In this document: positions 52,613 through 64,000 of the stretch, in pieces | Layout: every line of letters begins with the position of its first letter | Position numbering within the stretch: position 1 is the first letter of the stretch | Assembly (NCBI GenBank): GCA_036785375.1 | Contig: JAWMAR010000051.1 | Location: 1,364,001-1,428,000, forward strand | DNA length: 64,000 nucleotides | Reading direction: 5' to 3' | DNA from: Leucoraja ocellata | Taxonomy: Eukaryota | Translations under genes and position numbers: made by a program | The notes under the pieces: model-generated | Seen by the model: only the letters and a program-made list of their open reading frames with translations | What the model was told of the DNA's origin: nothing | Databases searched by the model: none

Positions 52613-54203
52613 CAGTGCCCTCCATAATGTTTGGGACAAAGACCCATCATTTATTCATTTCCACAATTTTAGATTTGTAATAGAAAAAAATCACATGTGG
52701 TTAAAGTGCACATTGTCAGATTTTATTAAAGGCCATTTTTATACATTTTGGTTTCACCATGTAGAAATTACAGCTGTGTTTATACAAAGTTCCCCTTTCA
52801 GGGCTCCATAATGTTTGGGACACATGGCTTCACAGGCGTTTGTAATTGCTCTGGAGCGTTTAATTGCCTCCTTAATGCAGGTATAAAAGAGTTCTCAGCA
52901 CCTAGTCTTTCCTCCAGTCTTTCCATCACATTTGGCAGCTTTTATTGCTGTTTATCAACATGAGGACCAAAGTTGTGCTAATGAAAGTCAAAGAAGCCAT
53001 TAGGAGACAGAGAAACAAGAATAAAACTGCTAGAGACATCAACCAAACATTGGGCTTACCAAAACAACTGTTTGGAACATCAATGAGAAGCTTACTAATC
53101 GCAAAGGGACTGGCAGGCCAAGGAGAACCTCCACAGCTGATGACAGAAGAATTCTCTCTATAAAAAAGAAAAATCCTCAAACACCTGTCCGACAGATCAG
53201 AAACACTCTTCAGGAGTCAGGTGTGGATTTGTCAATGACCACTGTCCGCTGAAGACTTCATGAACAGAAATACAGAGGCTACACTGCAAGATGCAAACCA
53301 CTGGTTAACTACAAAAATAGGACGGCCGGGTTACAGTTTGCCAAGAAGTACATAAAAGAGCAACCACAGTTCAGGAAAAACGTCTTGTGGACAGATGAGA
53401 CGAAGATTAACTTGTATCAGAGTGATGGCAAGAGCAAAGTATGGAGGAGAGAAGGAACTGCCCAAGATCCAAAGCATACCCCCTCATCTGTGAAACACGG
53501 TAGTGGGGGTGTTATGGCCTGGGCATGTATGGCTGCTGAAGGTATTGGCTCATATGGTAGTAGCATAATGAATTCTGAAGTGCATAGACACATTCTATCT
53601 GTTCGTTCAAACAAATGCCTCAAAATGCATTGGCCGGCGGTTCATTCTACAGCAAGACAATGATCCCAAACATACTGCTAAAGCAACAAAGGAGTTTTTC
53701 AAAGCTAAAATATAGTCAATTCTTGAGTGACCAAGGCAATCACCCGATCTGAACCCAATTGAGCATGCCTTTTATATGCTGAAGAGAAAACTGAAGGGGA
53801 CTAGCCCCAAAACGAGCTTAAGCTAAAGATGGCTGCAATACAGGCCTGGCAGAGCATCACCAGAGAAGACTCCCAGCAACTGGGGATGTCTATGCATCGC
53901 AGACTTCAAGCAGTCATTGCATGCAAAGGATATGCAAAAAAATACTAAACATGACTACTTTAATTTACATGACATTGCTGTTTCCCCAAACATTATGGTG
54001 CCCTGAAATGGGGGGACTATGTATAAACACAGCTGTAATTTCGACATGGTTAAACCAAAATGTATAAAAATGGCCTTTATTAAAATCTGACAATGTGCAC
54101 TTTAACCACATATGATGTTTTCCATCACAAATCTCAAATTGTGGAATACAGAGGCAAATAAATAAATGATGGGTCTTTGTCCCAAACATTATGGAGTGCA
54201 CTG
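52613..54203 (+). mobile_element. Full-length, inactive Tc1-like transposon with IR/DR ends
   Basis: Starts TA|cagtgccctccataatgtttgggaca and ends tgtcccaaacattatggagtgcactg. The ~210-bp TIRs each carry an inner and an outer ccataatgtttggg direct repeat (~52620 and ~52805; ~53985 and ~54180). Confidence 0.95.
52960..53948 (+). pseudogene. Tc1 DD34E transposase pseudogene
   Basis: VLWTDETKINLY, FILQQDNDPKHT, SPDLNPIEH; 34 codons counted between the second D and E. In-frame stops and frameshifts present. Confidence 0.95.
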
Positions 54204-56098
54204 TGTGTGCATTGTGTAAATGCAGTCGTTGCCATGTAAGGTATAAACCTTCCAAAAGTGAAAACAAACATGAAATCCGACCACAAGAATTTTAAGTGAA
54301 TCATTACCAGGACACCTGGGAGACGGCTCTCTACATTATACATTAGATATTTAACTTTAATAAACTGTAAGTAAATGAACAGAATTAGGAATTCAAATTT
54401 GACCTGTTAATTTTGCCACTGTACCCTTTATGTAATATTGCAATTATTTGTTAATCTGTTTCAATTTTAAAGAATCTGAGAATTTTCCATTATTTTCTGT
54501 AGCAGCAGTTGAGCTGATTGTGTCCTGATTTAACCAGAAAGGATTAAAGGTGCAACAGCACAGTGAATGATCTAGCTCAATAGCAGACAATATCCTGGCA
54601 AACATCTGTACCTGATATTGATATTCAATATGTTGTTTTTCCCCGAAGTGAAAACGGATGGGGACCAAATGTTATTTTAGATTTTGAATTCACTGACAAA
54701 CATAATGTTTCAATATATTATTTTGTTTAAGACACTGCATTGTGGTCCCTTCATTTCAGCTGGAGAAAAAAAATGCTAACCTTGTCATATTGGATGCGAT
54801 GGTGCGGAAATGATAACTGTATGTTTTAGAAAGACATCTTATTTAAATCCTGAATACAGGCATGCCTCACATTCATTGCTCAACAGCTCCTGAAAAAATG
54901 CATATGGATTAGGAGGATGAATATTCCATTATTTCAGTATATTGAGCTGATCTTCTTATTGGGACTTTATGTTAAAACAAAATCTGCAAGGAATTTAGCC
55001 TTTCAATCTTAGACAGTAATTTTGACTGTGTCTAAAGCACTTGATATTGTATTATTTGCGTGCTGGGGCATCTTATTGTGCCTGAATTTGCACTTGTTAA
55101 CTTTCTTTAAAACACTACTTCAATATTTCTCGATATTAAAGATGTCAGTTATTACCAAAAGTAAATAAAAATGCAGAATAGAAGGAAATGTAATATTGAA
55201 CCTTTCTTTAGTGTTAATCCTTATTGAGTAATCACAAAAGATGATTAAGTATTGTGTAGTTCCCACATTGGTGTTTTTCTGTAGCCTTTAAGCCCATTTG
55301 TCTTGTGGTTTAGAAAAAAAAAGTTAATCTTATTTGCTTTTAGACTTTGTGCGTGAGCATGGGTTGAAATATCTTTATTTGTATTTTACGCACATATACA
55401 TTCCTCGTGTTTATTATGCATTCCTGATCCATAGGTTATCTTGAGCAGGTCTGTGGCGATTAATTGATTATAATTGATTGAAACATTTTAATCAACAGAA
55501 ATTTAATCAATTAATTGACTTGTTATCGAGCAAGCTGGTGCAGATCCAGACCTGTACTGTCTGCTCATTTGTTTTTGGCTGTTCTGATACTATTCCTCAA
55601 AGGACTATTATATTTGTTACAATAAAACTCCAGGACAAATATAATTTTAGACCAAAGACTTCAGTTTATTAACAGCAAAAGGGATCAGTAACCCGTCCAT
55701 TAGTTTCAATACTGCTGATCCACTGCTAAGTTAATGCTTTTTTGCAACATTTGGTGTTTAAGAAGTTTTCTCCATATTATAACATCTAGTGCAATCTTCC
55801 TTAAATGTGGCAATTATCAAGAGTTTAATCACCAACAAAAAGCAGCGGGAACCACCTTAATGGTAAATGATACCATTGTTGAAATTTAGGCCGAACTAGT
55901 TTCCTATTGACATTTTTATCAACCTCTACTTCAGTCCACTCCTTCTTTTCTTTGCTGCCATCTTCATGGCAACTGCCTTTGTCATTCAGTTTTTTATTCA
56001 CAAGGAAAGGATATTGCATGACCCCCCCCCCAATCAAACATTGTATTCAGATCTCTATCCTCTGATTTATGTGCAAATTCACATAATTTGTGAGAGAA

Positions 56099-56278
56099 AA
56101 ACTTTGCCTTCCATCACAGTGAGGAGGAGATTCACTGTGATGGATGTTTGTGTAAATTGAATTGTTTGTATGTCTTGTAGGAATTGTCTTTGTTTGTATG
56201 GCTGTGGAAACAGAGTTCCGTTTGAGCCTCACTGAGGTTCAAATGACATGTAATAAAAATATTGTATATTGTATTGTA
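56099..56278 (+). mobile_element. LINE-related 3' end (L2/Rex-like)
   Basis: actgtgatggatgtttgtgt is shared with ~14705; ends aaatgacatgtaataaaa plus a (tattg)n tail. Confidence 0.5.
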
Positions 56279-56383
56279 AGTTAATAACCTTTGGTCATCC
56301 AAAATGTGCACCATTTGCATGCTAATTTGAGGATCAGATCACGGTATTTTTGACGTATTAATATAGAATTCATGAATAGTCCT

Positions 56384-56715
56384 TGGTGGGGCTGGTAGAC
56401 CTGCTGCCTGCCAGTGCCAGAGACCCAGGTTCGATCCTGACCTTGGGTGCTGTCTGTGTGGAGTTTGCATGTTCTCCCTTGGACTATGTGGCTTTCCTAC
56501 AGGTGCACCCTTGTCCTCCCAAATCCCAAATATATGTGGGATTGTATGTTAATTTGTCTCTGTAAATTGCCCCTAGTGTGTAGTGGGTGGGAAAGTGGGC
56601 TAACATGGAACTAGTGTGAACGGTTGATCAATAGTTGGCATGGACTTGGCAGACCAAGGGGCTTGTTTCCATGCTATATCTCCAAACTAAACTAAAGTAC
56701 TAAGCTAAACTAAAA
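56384..56715 (+). mobile_element. HE1/V-SINE-like SINE
   Basis: ccagagacccaggttcgatcctgacc...gtgtggagtttgcatgttctccc...(ctaaa)n. Confidence 0.9.
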
Positions 56716-57536
56716 TGCTCATTGGAACTTTGCAGCAAAGGAATATTACAATGTCAAATGCTGATTTATAGTGCAGCCATTTTGAAACGCAGTGCTCCAG
56801 CTAATACCATCTCATAATGGTGCACTGCTTAATGTACAGTAAACAGAAGGAAGGACTCCCAACCCCACAGTGACCCCACCGTACCATGCCATTTAAAAAA
56901 AGAAAAAAGATGATAAGCTACTTATGGGTCAGTTGCTAGTTTATTTCTTCTGGTAGCTGATTTGATTCCGCAAGCATTTGGTGCTGTCTTTCATTATTTC
57001 AAGTTGCAAATTCTACAGGGAGCAATGCGGCACTGAATGACTTTGCTGACTTCGAGCCTTTTGTACAAATGAGTTGCTCAGAGGTATGAGTACATTAGTA
57101 AATAATCCCCACGCATTGCCGCATGACAAGGAGAATGAATGAAGGGCACGCAGATCAGGTCTAGCTCCAGGAAGAGGCAAGAGCAAGAGATGGAAGAGAA
57201 AGATGTGCACAAATCTTCTTCACAGAGGGAGTCTGAGGAACAAGTCACCGACATGAATGCATTACAACATGTAAGCTTTGTTGAGGAGGGTTTTTATTGA
57301 TGGTTTCCATACTGCAGCCACAATTGAGACTTCAGAAGAGGACATGCGCTGCATTTAATGGGACTATCAATGTGAGTTGGGCAGTGAACTCTTGTCTTTC
57401 AAGAGATTTCCAGAGATGCTGAGTTACCCACTCCAACACTTTGTGTCCTTTTGTGGAAACCAGTATCTGCCGTTTCTTGTTTCTTCACAGTGCACAAAGT
57501 TCCCAACTACTTCCTTACAGTAAGATGAGCTTGAAT

Positions 57537-57825
57537 CAGTGCACAAGGCTTGATACCATGACCATTTTGAACTCCACTGTGCTCCCTGACAATGAATGCA
57601 GGTGTCATGCAGGTGTTGTTCGCACACACTTTGCCTATGGAAGCACTAAGCTGAGCCCTCTGGATTACAGTTTCACCTCCACTCTAAGCCAGAACAGTTC
57701 TTGTTATTTTTCTTGTATTGTCCATAGGTCATTTGTGCTGGAAATCACACCATACGCAGATCTCACCTTCCCAAATATGCAGTCGATGAGGGAATGTGAA
57801 ATAGAGAGATAGTGTGCCTTTAGAT
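57537..57825. repeat. Copy 1 of an unclassified ~290-bp direct duplication
   Basis: Aligns with 59690-59990, e.g. cagtgcacaaggcttgataccatgaccattttgaactccact and tttgtgctggaaatcacaccatacgcagatctca are identical. Confidence 0.9.
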
Positions 57826-58274
57826 TCGCTGCTTGCTTTCTTTTGTAGCACTGCTAATACTCCTTGTGTGTCTGTAAGGCAAAAGATATCAGGGTAGTCT
57901 TGTAGCAAATTATAACATTCCTTCTGACAGAGACAAGATTGTTTGACTCTGACCCACTTGTTTCATATGTCTCAGTTCTACACTCATCAGGATCTTGCCG
58001 ACTGAAGGAATTGGGGAAGTACCAATTAAATGTAGTGAATTATTGAAAGTCTTCACCAATATGCAATGAACAAGACTGAATTGCTTTAAGCATTATTGAT
58101 GAGGCATTAACGGGCTCACTGCTAAATAGTCTTCTGAGTGTTTGGAGCAGTTTCAAAGAATTTGTGCATTTATTATCAGTAAAAGGTTTGCTTGAATACT
58201 CGGTACAGATAATGAAAGTTAAATCAATGATTTGGGTGTGTTTCTGTTAACAAGATTAGATAATATAAACTGGG

Positions 58275-58650
58275 GACACAAAAGTCAGCAGATGCTGGAA
58301 TCCGGAGCAAAAAAATGAACTGCTCGAGGAGCGCAACGTGGAGGGAACTTAGAACATCAAACAACAGTACAGCACAGGAACATGCCCTTTGACCTACAAT
58401 ATCTGCCAAACACCGATGCTGTTAATCTAATCCCCTCTGCCCGCAGGTGATCCATATTCCTCCATTCCCTGGATATCCATGTGCCTAACCCAAAGTCTCT
58501 AAAATGATTCTATCACACCTGCATCCAAATGGACAGTCAATGGTTTGGATCGAGACCCTTTCTCAGCACTGGAGCGGTCTCAACCTGAAAGCCCAACTGT
58601 CCATTTGCTCCACAGATGCTGTCTGACTCGCTGACCTCTTCCAGCAGTTT
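58275..58650. mobile_element. Older fold-back Penelope-derived unit interrupted by an antisense CR1 tail (~58348-58526)
   Basis: aaatggacagt / actgtccattt inverted pair around ggatcgagaccctt...ggtctcaacctgaaa. Confidence 0.65.
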
Positions 58651-58874
58651 ACTATTTGAGGACATGACACATTATGAGGAGATCTTTAAAGAGAGAATGT
58701 CAAAGGAAAATAGAGGCAAGGGCAACATCATGTATCAGTCTATTTAATTCTATACAATAAATGTTTCTTAATGGAGCTGAAAGGTTGGGACAGCGAACCT
58801 GCAAACGCATAAGGCCACTGGTGCCTATGTCAATTGTCAGGTTCATTCTGTAAATAGTTGAAAAAGACATGAAC

Positions 58875-59057
58875 NNNNNNNNNNNNNNNNNNNNNNNNNN
58901 NNNNNNNNNNNNNNNNNNNNNNNNNNNNNNNNNNNNNNNNNNNNNNNNNNNNNNNNNNNNNNNNNNNNNNNNNNNNNNNNNNNNNNNNNNNNNNNNNNNN
59001 NNNNNNNNNNNNNNNNNNNNNNNNNNNNNNNNNNNNNNNNNNNNNNNNNNNNNNNNN
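58875..59057. other. Assembly gap (183 N)
   Basis: Run of N. Confidence 1.
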
Positions 59058-59525
59058 TCTGTGTGTGTGCGCACGCGCATGACTGTACATGCGTCTGTGT
59101 GTGTGTGTGCGCGCGCATGACTACATGTGTCTGTGTGTGTGCGCGTGTCTGTGCTTGTGTGGGTGTGTGCAAGTATGTGTGCACGTACGTGTGTGTGCCT
59201 GTCTGTGTGTACGCGTCTGTGTGTGTGCGCGTCTCTGCGTGTGCTGGTGCGTGTGCGCATGCATCTCTGTGTGTGTGTACAAGACTGTGTGTGTGCGTGC
59301 GTCTCTATGCGTGTCTGTGCTTGTGTGGGTGTGTGCCTGCATGTGTGTGTATGTGTGCACGCGTCTCTGTGTGTGCGCGTCTGTGTGCATGTCTGTGGTT
59401 GTGTGGGTGTGTGCGCGTGTCTATGTTTGCCTGCATCTGTGTGTGAGTGTGCGTGTGAGTGTCTGTGTGCACACATCTGCATGTGGGTGTATGCATGTGT
59501 GTGTGAGTCTGTGTGCATGTACACA
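59058..59525. repeat. Degenerate (TG/CG)n compound microsatellite
   Basis: Alternating purine-pyrimidine tract with a recurring gtctgtg(c/g)ttgtgtgggtgtgtgc unit. Confidence 0.95.
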
Positions 59526-59689
59526 CATTGCTCTATTTTACCTACATGCGTATTTGTGTTTCCCTCATCCCTTCTTTTGATCTTGCCTTTCAAGTTTTCT
59601 CTTGTAATTATGCACCTTGTTTTAGCTAATATATTTCTTGTTTATACCACATTGCTTCCTTCAAATTTTTTTTGACCACACCTTACCAA

Positions 59690-59990
59690 CAGTGCACAAG
59701 GCTTGATACCATGACCATTTTGAACTCCACTATGCTCCCTGACAATGGATGCAGGCATCAGGCAGACTACCAGGTGTTGATCAGCACACACATTGCCCAT
59801 GGAAGCACTAAGCTGAGCCCTAGGGATCACAGTTTCACCTCTGCTTTGAGCCAGCACAGTTCTTGTTATTTTTCCTGGATTGTCCATGGGTTATTTGTGC
59901 TGGAAATCACACCATACGCAGATCTCATCTTCCCAAATATGCAGTCGGTGACTGGGAATGTGAAATCGAGTGATGGTGTGCCTTCAGAAT
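59690..59990. repeat. Copy 2 of the unclassified ~290-bp direct duplication
   Basis: See 57537-57825; differs by scattered substitutions and small indels. Confidence 0.9.
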
Positions 59991-62842
59991 TAAGCCCCCA
60001 CTCTGCTCCCACACATCAACACCCCCTTCAACTTTGATTTTGTGTGAAACTTTCCTGTTTGTTTTTTTTATTCATGTTTCCTCATGTCCCATCTCTGACC
60101 CGGAGATGGTACGGTTGAAGCTTTCCACTTCATCAAGTAGAGAGGCCAAGAACTGATGAAACTTGATGGAAGCAGGTGGACGTGAGCCTTGGGAATCAAC
60201 ATCACAAACACAAATGCAGTATTACTTCTTTGTTATTCAAGCTTATTCTGCTGCCAGCTGAAGAACACATTTTTTGGCACAATATTAAATATGTTGTAAA
60301 AAAATAACTGCGATTGGGGAAAAAAACCTAAATATTTTGATATATTGTTAACATCTTTTTTTTTGCATTTGGCCCTAATTAGTAAAAGACTGTGTTATCA
60401 AATCCATATCTTTTCCATCTGGCAGGCCAGGTTTCCTTTATTTCTGCCAGCTTTTTTCACAACTGATGGTTGGAAATCTGAATAAGATTTCTGAATGAGC
60501 ATTTGGTGTAAGGTGACTGCCGAGATCCCTTTTTCTCACCGAAGCAAGTCGAAAAAATAAAGAAGAAACTCTTTGCAAAAATGTTGCCAAAATATGCTTT
60601 GTTATTAAAAGAATTAAAGACAACTCGAATCATTGAAAACGCAAATCTGAGACGCGTGCAAAGGAGTGGGTATTTTACCAGCACCAGTGAGGGTGGCTTC
60701 TCCTTCACAAACGCCGTGGGGACATGCACAGTGCGTGGCGCAAGTGGGAGAAGCCCCTGGGACTCCCACCTTTCACACCTCTACGCTGAGAAGTCCTTGT
60801 ATTCTGTGGGCACACCGTTCCTTTCAAAGATGTAAGCTTTTCCGTTTAAATTTAATAGTGCAGCATGCTGCTGCTGACACTTAAGTGTTTCACATGCGGG
60901 AGTTATTTTTCGATTTGTACACTTATGAAATGATGGTCCCTTTAGGCAGTGAAGTGATCAGCCATGCCCACAGAATAAACTGGTTAGTATTGGAGCTGAG
61001 TAGTGATCATTGCCTGTTCACGATGTCACTGCGGCCCCACCATTCCCTGGGAACTGACCTATCTTTTCGCAGTCATTTCCACATTCTGTTTCCTGCTCTG
61101 AATCCCCTTTCTGTGTCGTAGGGGGGGGAGATGATTTGAAGATCGCCCAATTTGTTCTGACATAAAGAGATGTTTAGCTTTGTGAGAGAGGGTGGCAGTG
61201 GTGGTGGGCTCTGTGTGACTGACAACTGAACAGTGTGTCTGCCGGGCCAGTTCACCACATGTCCTTTCATATTCTCACCATGTCCTGCATGAGTGGTGTT
61301 TGATCTCTGCGGCTAAATATCAACAGACCCGGGGATTTCAGCGGAAAAAAAAAAATCCTGGAATTTAACACCTCGCTGTGCTGCGATGTGGGCTGAGAAT
61401 TTGCAGGGAAACACCCAGTGAACGTGCAATCCTGATCATTTAGAGAGCAGCAATGCCGCACTAGATTCTTTATTTTGTTTCTTTTGAGAGTCGCGTTAAA
61501 TTCAGGTCAAACTGATTCAGATTTGATCAGTCAGTACAGGTTTCTCTCTCCCAGTTTACAATAGAAAGTTAAGTGTTTGCAAGGAGCGATCCAGTTGAAT
61601 ATCTCAGGGCTACACAGCCTTTCAACCACAGTGCTGTTGTGTGTATGTCACATGCTAGTTTTGTTTTAAGAGTCTCATTTCCTTATACGGGTGCATGCAG
61701 ATATCCATTTCCAAACCACTTGTCAGGCCTGAAATTATTTCAATTTTTTTTTTCTCTCTCTGGAGGGGAAATCTACCTTAGAATTCTCGTCAAGACTCAG
61801 CTGATATATATTAAGCATATTGAATCCAAATAAATAAGTTATGAAAATATGACCGGCAGAGCTTTATTGTATTCCTTTTAAACTAGAGAAATTATTTGGA
61901 GTCCGTTTTAAGTGATCACATTTTATAGTAATCTGTTATGATATAAAAGTCGAGAAATAAGCTACCAAAAATTGTAAGAGAAGATTTTTTTATTTATTTA
62001 TGTAAATTGGAAATGGGCCGTGTAGCAGAGAAATGTAAAGATTCCTTCAGTGTTAGAATGTGTTGAATAATTTAAGATCTGACATAAAAAAAACTTGGTT
62101 ACTTTTGCCATTTAAAATATGTCCGAAACTCTCTGCAATACACAAACACATTGTAGCCTCAGATGTGTCCTTTTCTTTAAAGCTGAAAGACATAAAATTA
62201 CTTGTTGTAAGCACTAAGCCAAATGGTCAAACCAATCTAAATCATGCATTTTAGACAGTGTCTGTTTTCTTTTAATTGGCTTGTTGCAACATGACATTTT
62301 GAATCATCTGGTGAAATTATATAGTACCTTACTGAAAGAAGCTTCTTTAGTTTGTTTTGATGGAAGAACAATCAATTTGATAAGTGGTAGCACATCTCAT
62401 TGTCTCAGATTAATTATACTAATTGCTTGATGTTAGCCTTCAGAACAAGCCGAGCCTGAAGAGGAGTGAGGCTGTGGCCCCCCTTTGCATGCAGTGTGAG
62501 TGCCAGTTCCAGTTGCCTGCACACAGGCTGGATACAGCATTGTTAGAATTCAGGTCTACACCTTCGCTGTCAGTACTGGTTCTGCTGTAGTCAAGTTCCT
62601 GCTCTGAGCAGAGCAAATCTTTGCTCAGTTAAGTGAGCCTCAGTCACTGTTGCACTTTCAAAAGGCTTGGCCAACAGCCCAGCTTTGTTAGGCTTTTGGA
62701 GCTTCACCTGAATGAGATATTGACGGAGCTTTGTTACCTGAACATCTCCAAATAACACGGGGGGAAAAAAAGATTTGATAATTAAATTGTTATAGAATAA
62801 CAAAGTCTGCGGATTTCGAAGCCTGTGGCCTCCAGAGGGATT

Positions 62843-62896
62843 GTCATAGAAAACATAGAAAATAGGTGACTATTTGGTCCTTCGAGCCTGCACCGC
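62843..62896 (-). mobile_element. Tiny CR1 3' tail remnant
   Basis: catagaaacatagaaaataggtg...ccttcgagcctgcaccgc. Confidence 0.7.
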
Positions 62897-64000
62897 GTTA
62901 TGGTTAATTTTGACTGGAATTTGCTTGTGTGAGCCCTAGATTCCAACATTTGTACACTTTTGTTGATTTTATTCAACATTGCTTTATTTTCTTGAGGTGA
63001 GCCACCATTGTGATGACACTATTCGTTGCATGAGGGACTCCCATTTAAAAAAATAATAATTCTGAAGTGGTGTTTGCAGCCTCACACAGTATCTTATGAA
63101 GCATCAAAGTGTTGATTAGCAGAAAGACAAACCCATTCTGGGTGTGGCACAATTTCCTGCCCTCTTGTAAATTCAGAACAGCTGAGCAACCCTATACATC
63201 TGAAGCACCTGGTCTCTAGGATTGGGTTACAGCAACTTTATTGTGTTGTTAAAGGTCAGTACTCGGCATATGCTGCATCTCTTCAGAGGTGCTTATCTAG
63301 CAGCTTATTCCATGATAACACATTTGCCGACTGAAGTCACAACTAACCATAAAGAATGAAAAGCATTTCAAGCATCTCACCTTCCCCAAAACAAGCGTGC
63401 AATAGTAACAAGCTCTGCCCCTGACATGCAGCCCAGTGCCTTTAAATTTACTGTATGAAAGGTGGGATTGGCTCTTTAAAAGTTACAACTGGCATCTAAA
63501 TTTGAAATAGAAACAATTGGAAGAATTGTTGTATAATTAATGTATTATCCCTTGCTTTCATGTGCAATATTGCAGCTTCACGCCAGGAAAAATTTTAATT
63601 GGAAAGCACTGTAGCAAGCAAAAACTTCCCTTATCGAATCATCTTTGTCGATCAAATATCAGAATGTACCAGGGAATGAATTCATGCCTCAGCAAATGCA
63701 CTGTTAATTGTGCATAAGCATCAATGGAATGTCAATTAAATGACATGAATGGTGTCTATGAAAGTTTTTGATATTTTCACACCTTGGTTTACTTTCCATA
63801 GTCTCTTCTCTTATTTCACCCCTTCCTCCTGTAGTAGATGAATTTTTAAACAAAGCTGTGCACAACCCTATCACCATAACTTTTTTTAAATTTGCTTAAA
63901 TTTAACCCAGGTCAGATTACCTCAGGTTTCACTGTGAATAAGATCGACAGGTTGTTTGCTCTGCTTCCCTTTAGCTTCCCACTTGATAGAATGTGTAAAA

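Noticed and set aside
57536-57560. tcagtgca seed resembling miR-148/152
   Set aside because: Only the seed matches; the rest differs and no convincing pre-miRNA hairpin was seen.
58700-59675. Long ORFs (up to 297 aa) rich in H/T or C/V
   Set aside because: They are translations of the TG/CA microsatellite and the N gap, not genes.

Overview
Eukaryotic, AT-rich, repeat-dense, essentially non-coding DNA. The repeat repertoire (HE1/V-SINE-like SINEs sharing their 3' tail with CR1/HER1-type LINEs, Rex1/Babar LINEs, Penelope-like elements) points to a cartilaginous fish, probably a skate or ray; this is inference. No intact protein-coding gene is visible, and the recognisable ORFs are decayed transposon fragments. 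Well-supported elements are a long decayed CR1 LINE (~960-4650) carrying two nested insertions, a full-length but dead IR/DR Tc1 (DD34E) element (52613-54203) plus an orphan end, a hAT-type non-autonomous element with an 8-bp TSD, a fold-back Harbinger/Tourist MITE with a TTA TSD, about ten HE1-like SINE segments and a fossil Harbinger transposase. The two nested insertions are an internally deleted Gypsy LTR element with a 5-bp TSD and a CpG-rich 145-bp unknown insert with an 11-bp duplication. The most interesting signal is a dispersed family of short Penelope-derived units, about a dozen in the window. Most carry a minimal type-I hammerhead-ribozyme-like core (CUGAAGA-stem II-GAAACGUC); several have their own 10-12 bp TSDs, and some are fold-back or self-nested. 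Also noted are an unexplained ~290-bp diverged duplication around an assembly gap and weak candidate (micro)exons on the + strand, suggesting the window may be an intron of a large gene. All coordinates were read by eye.
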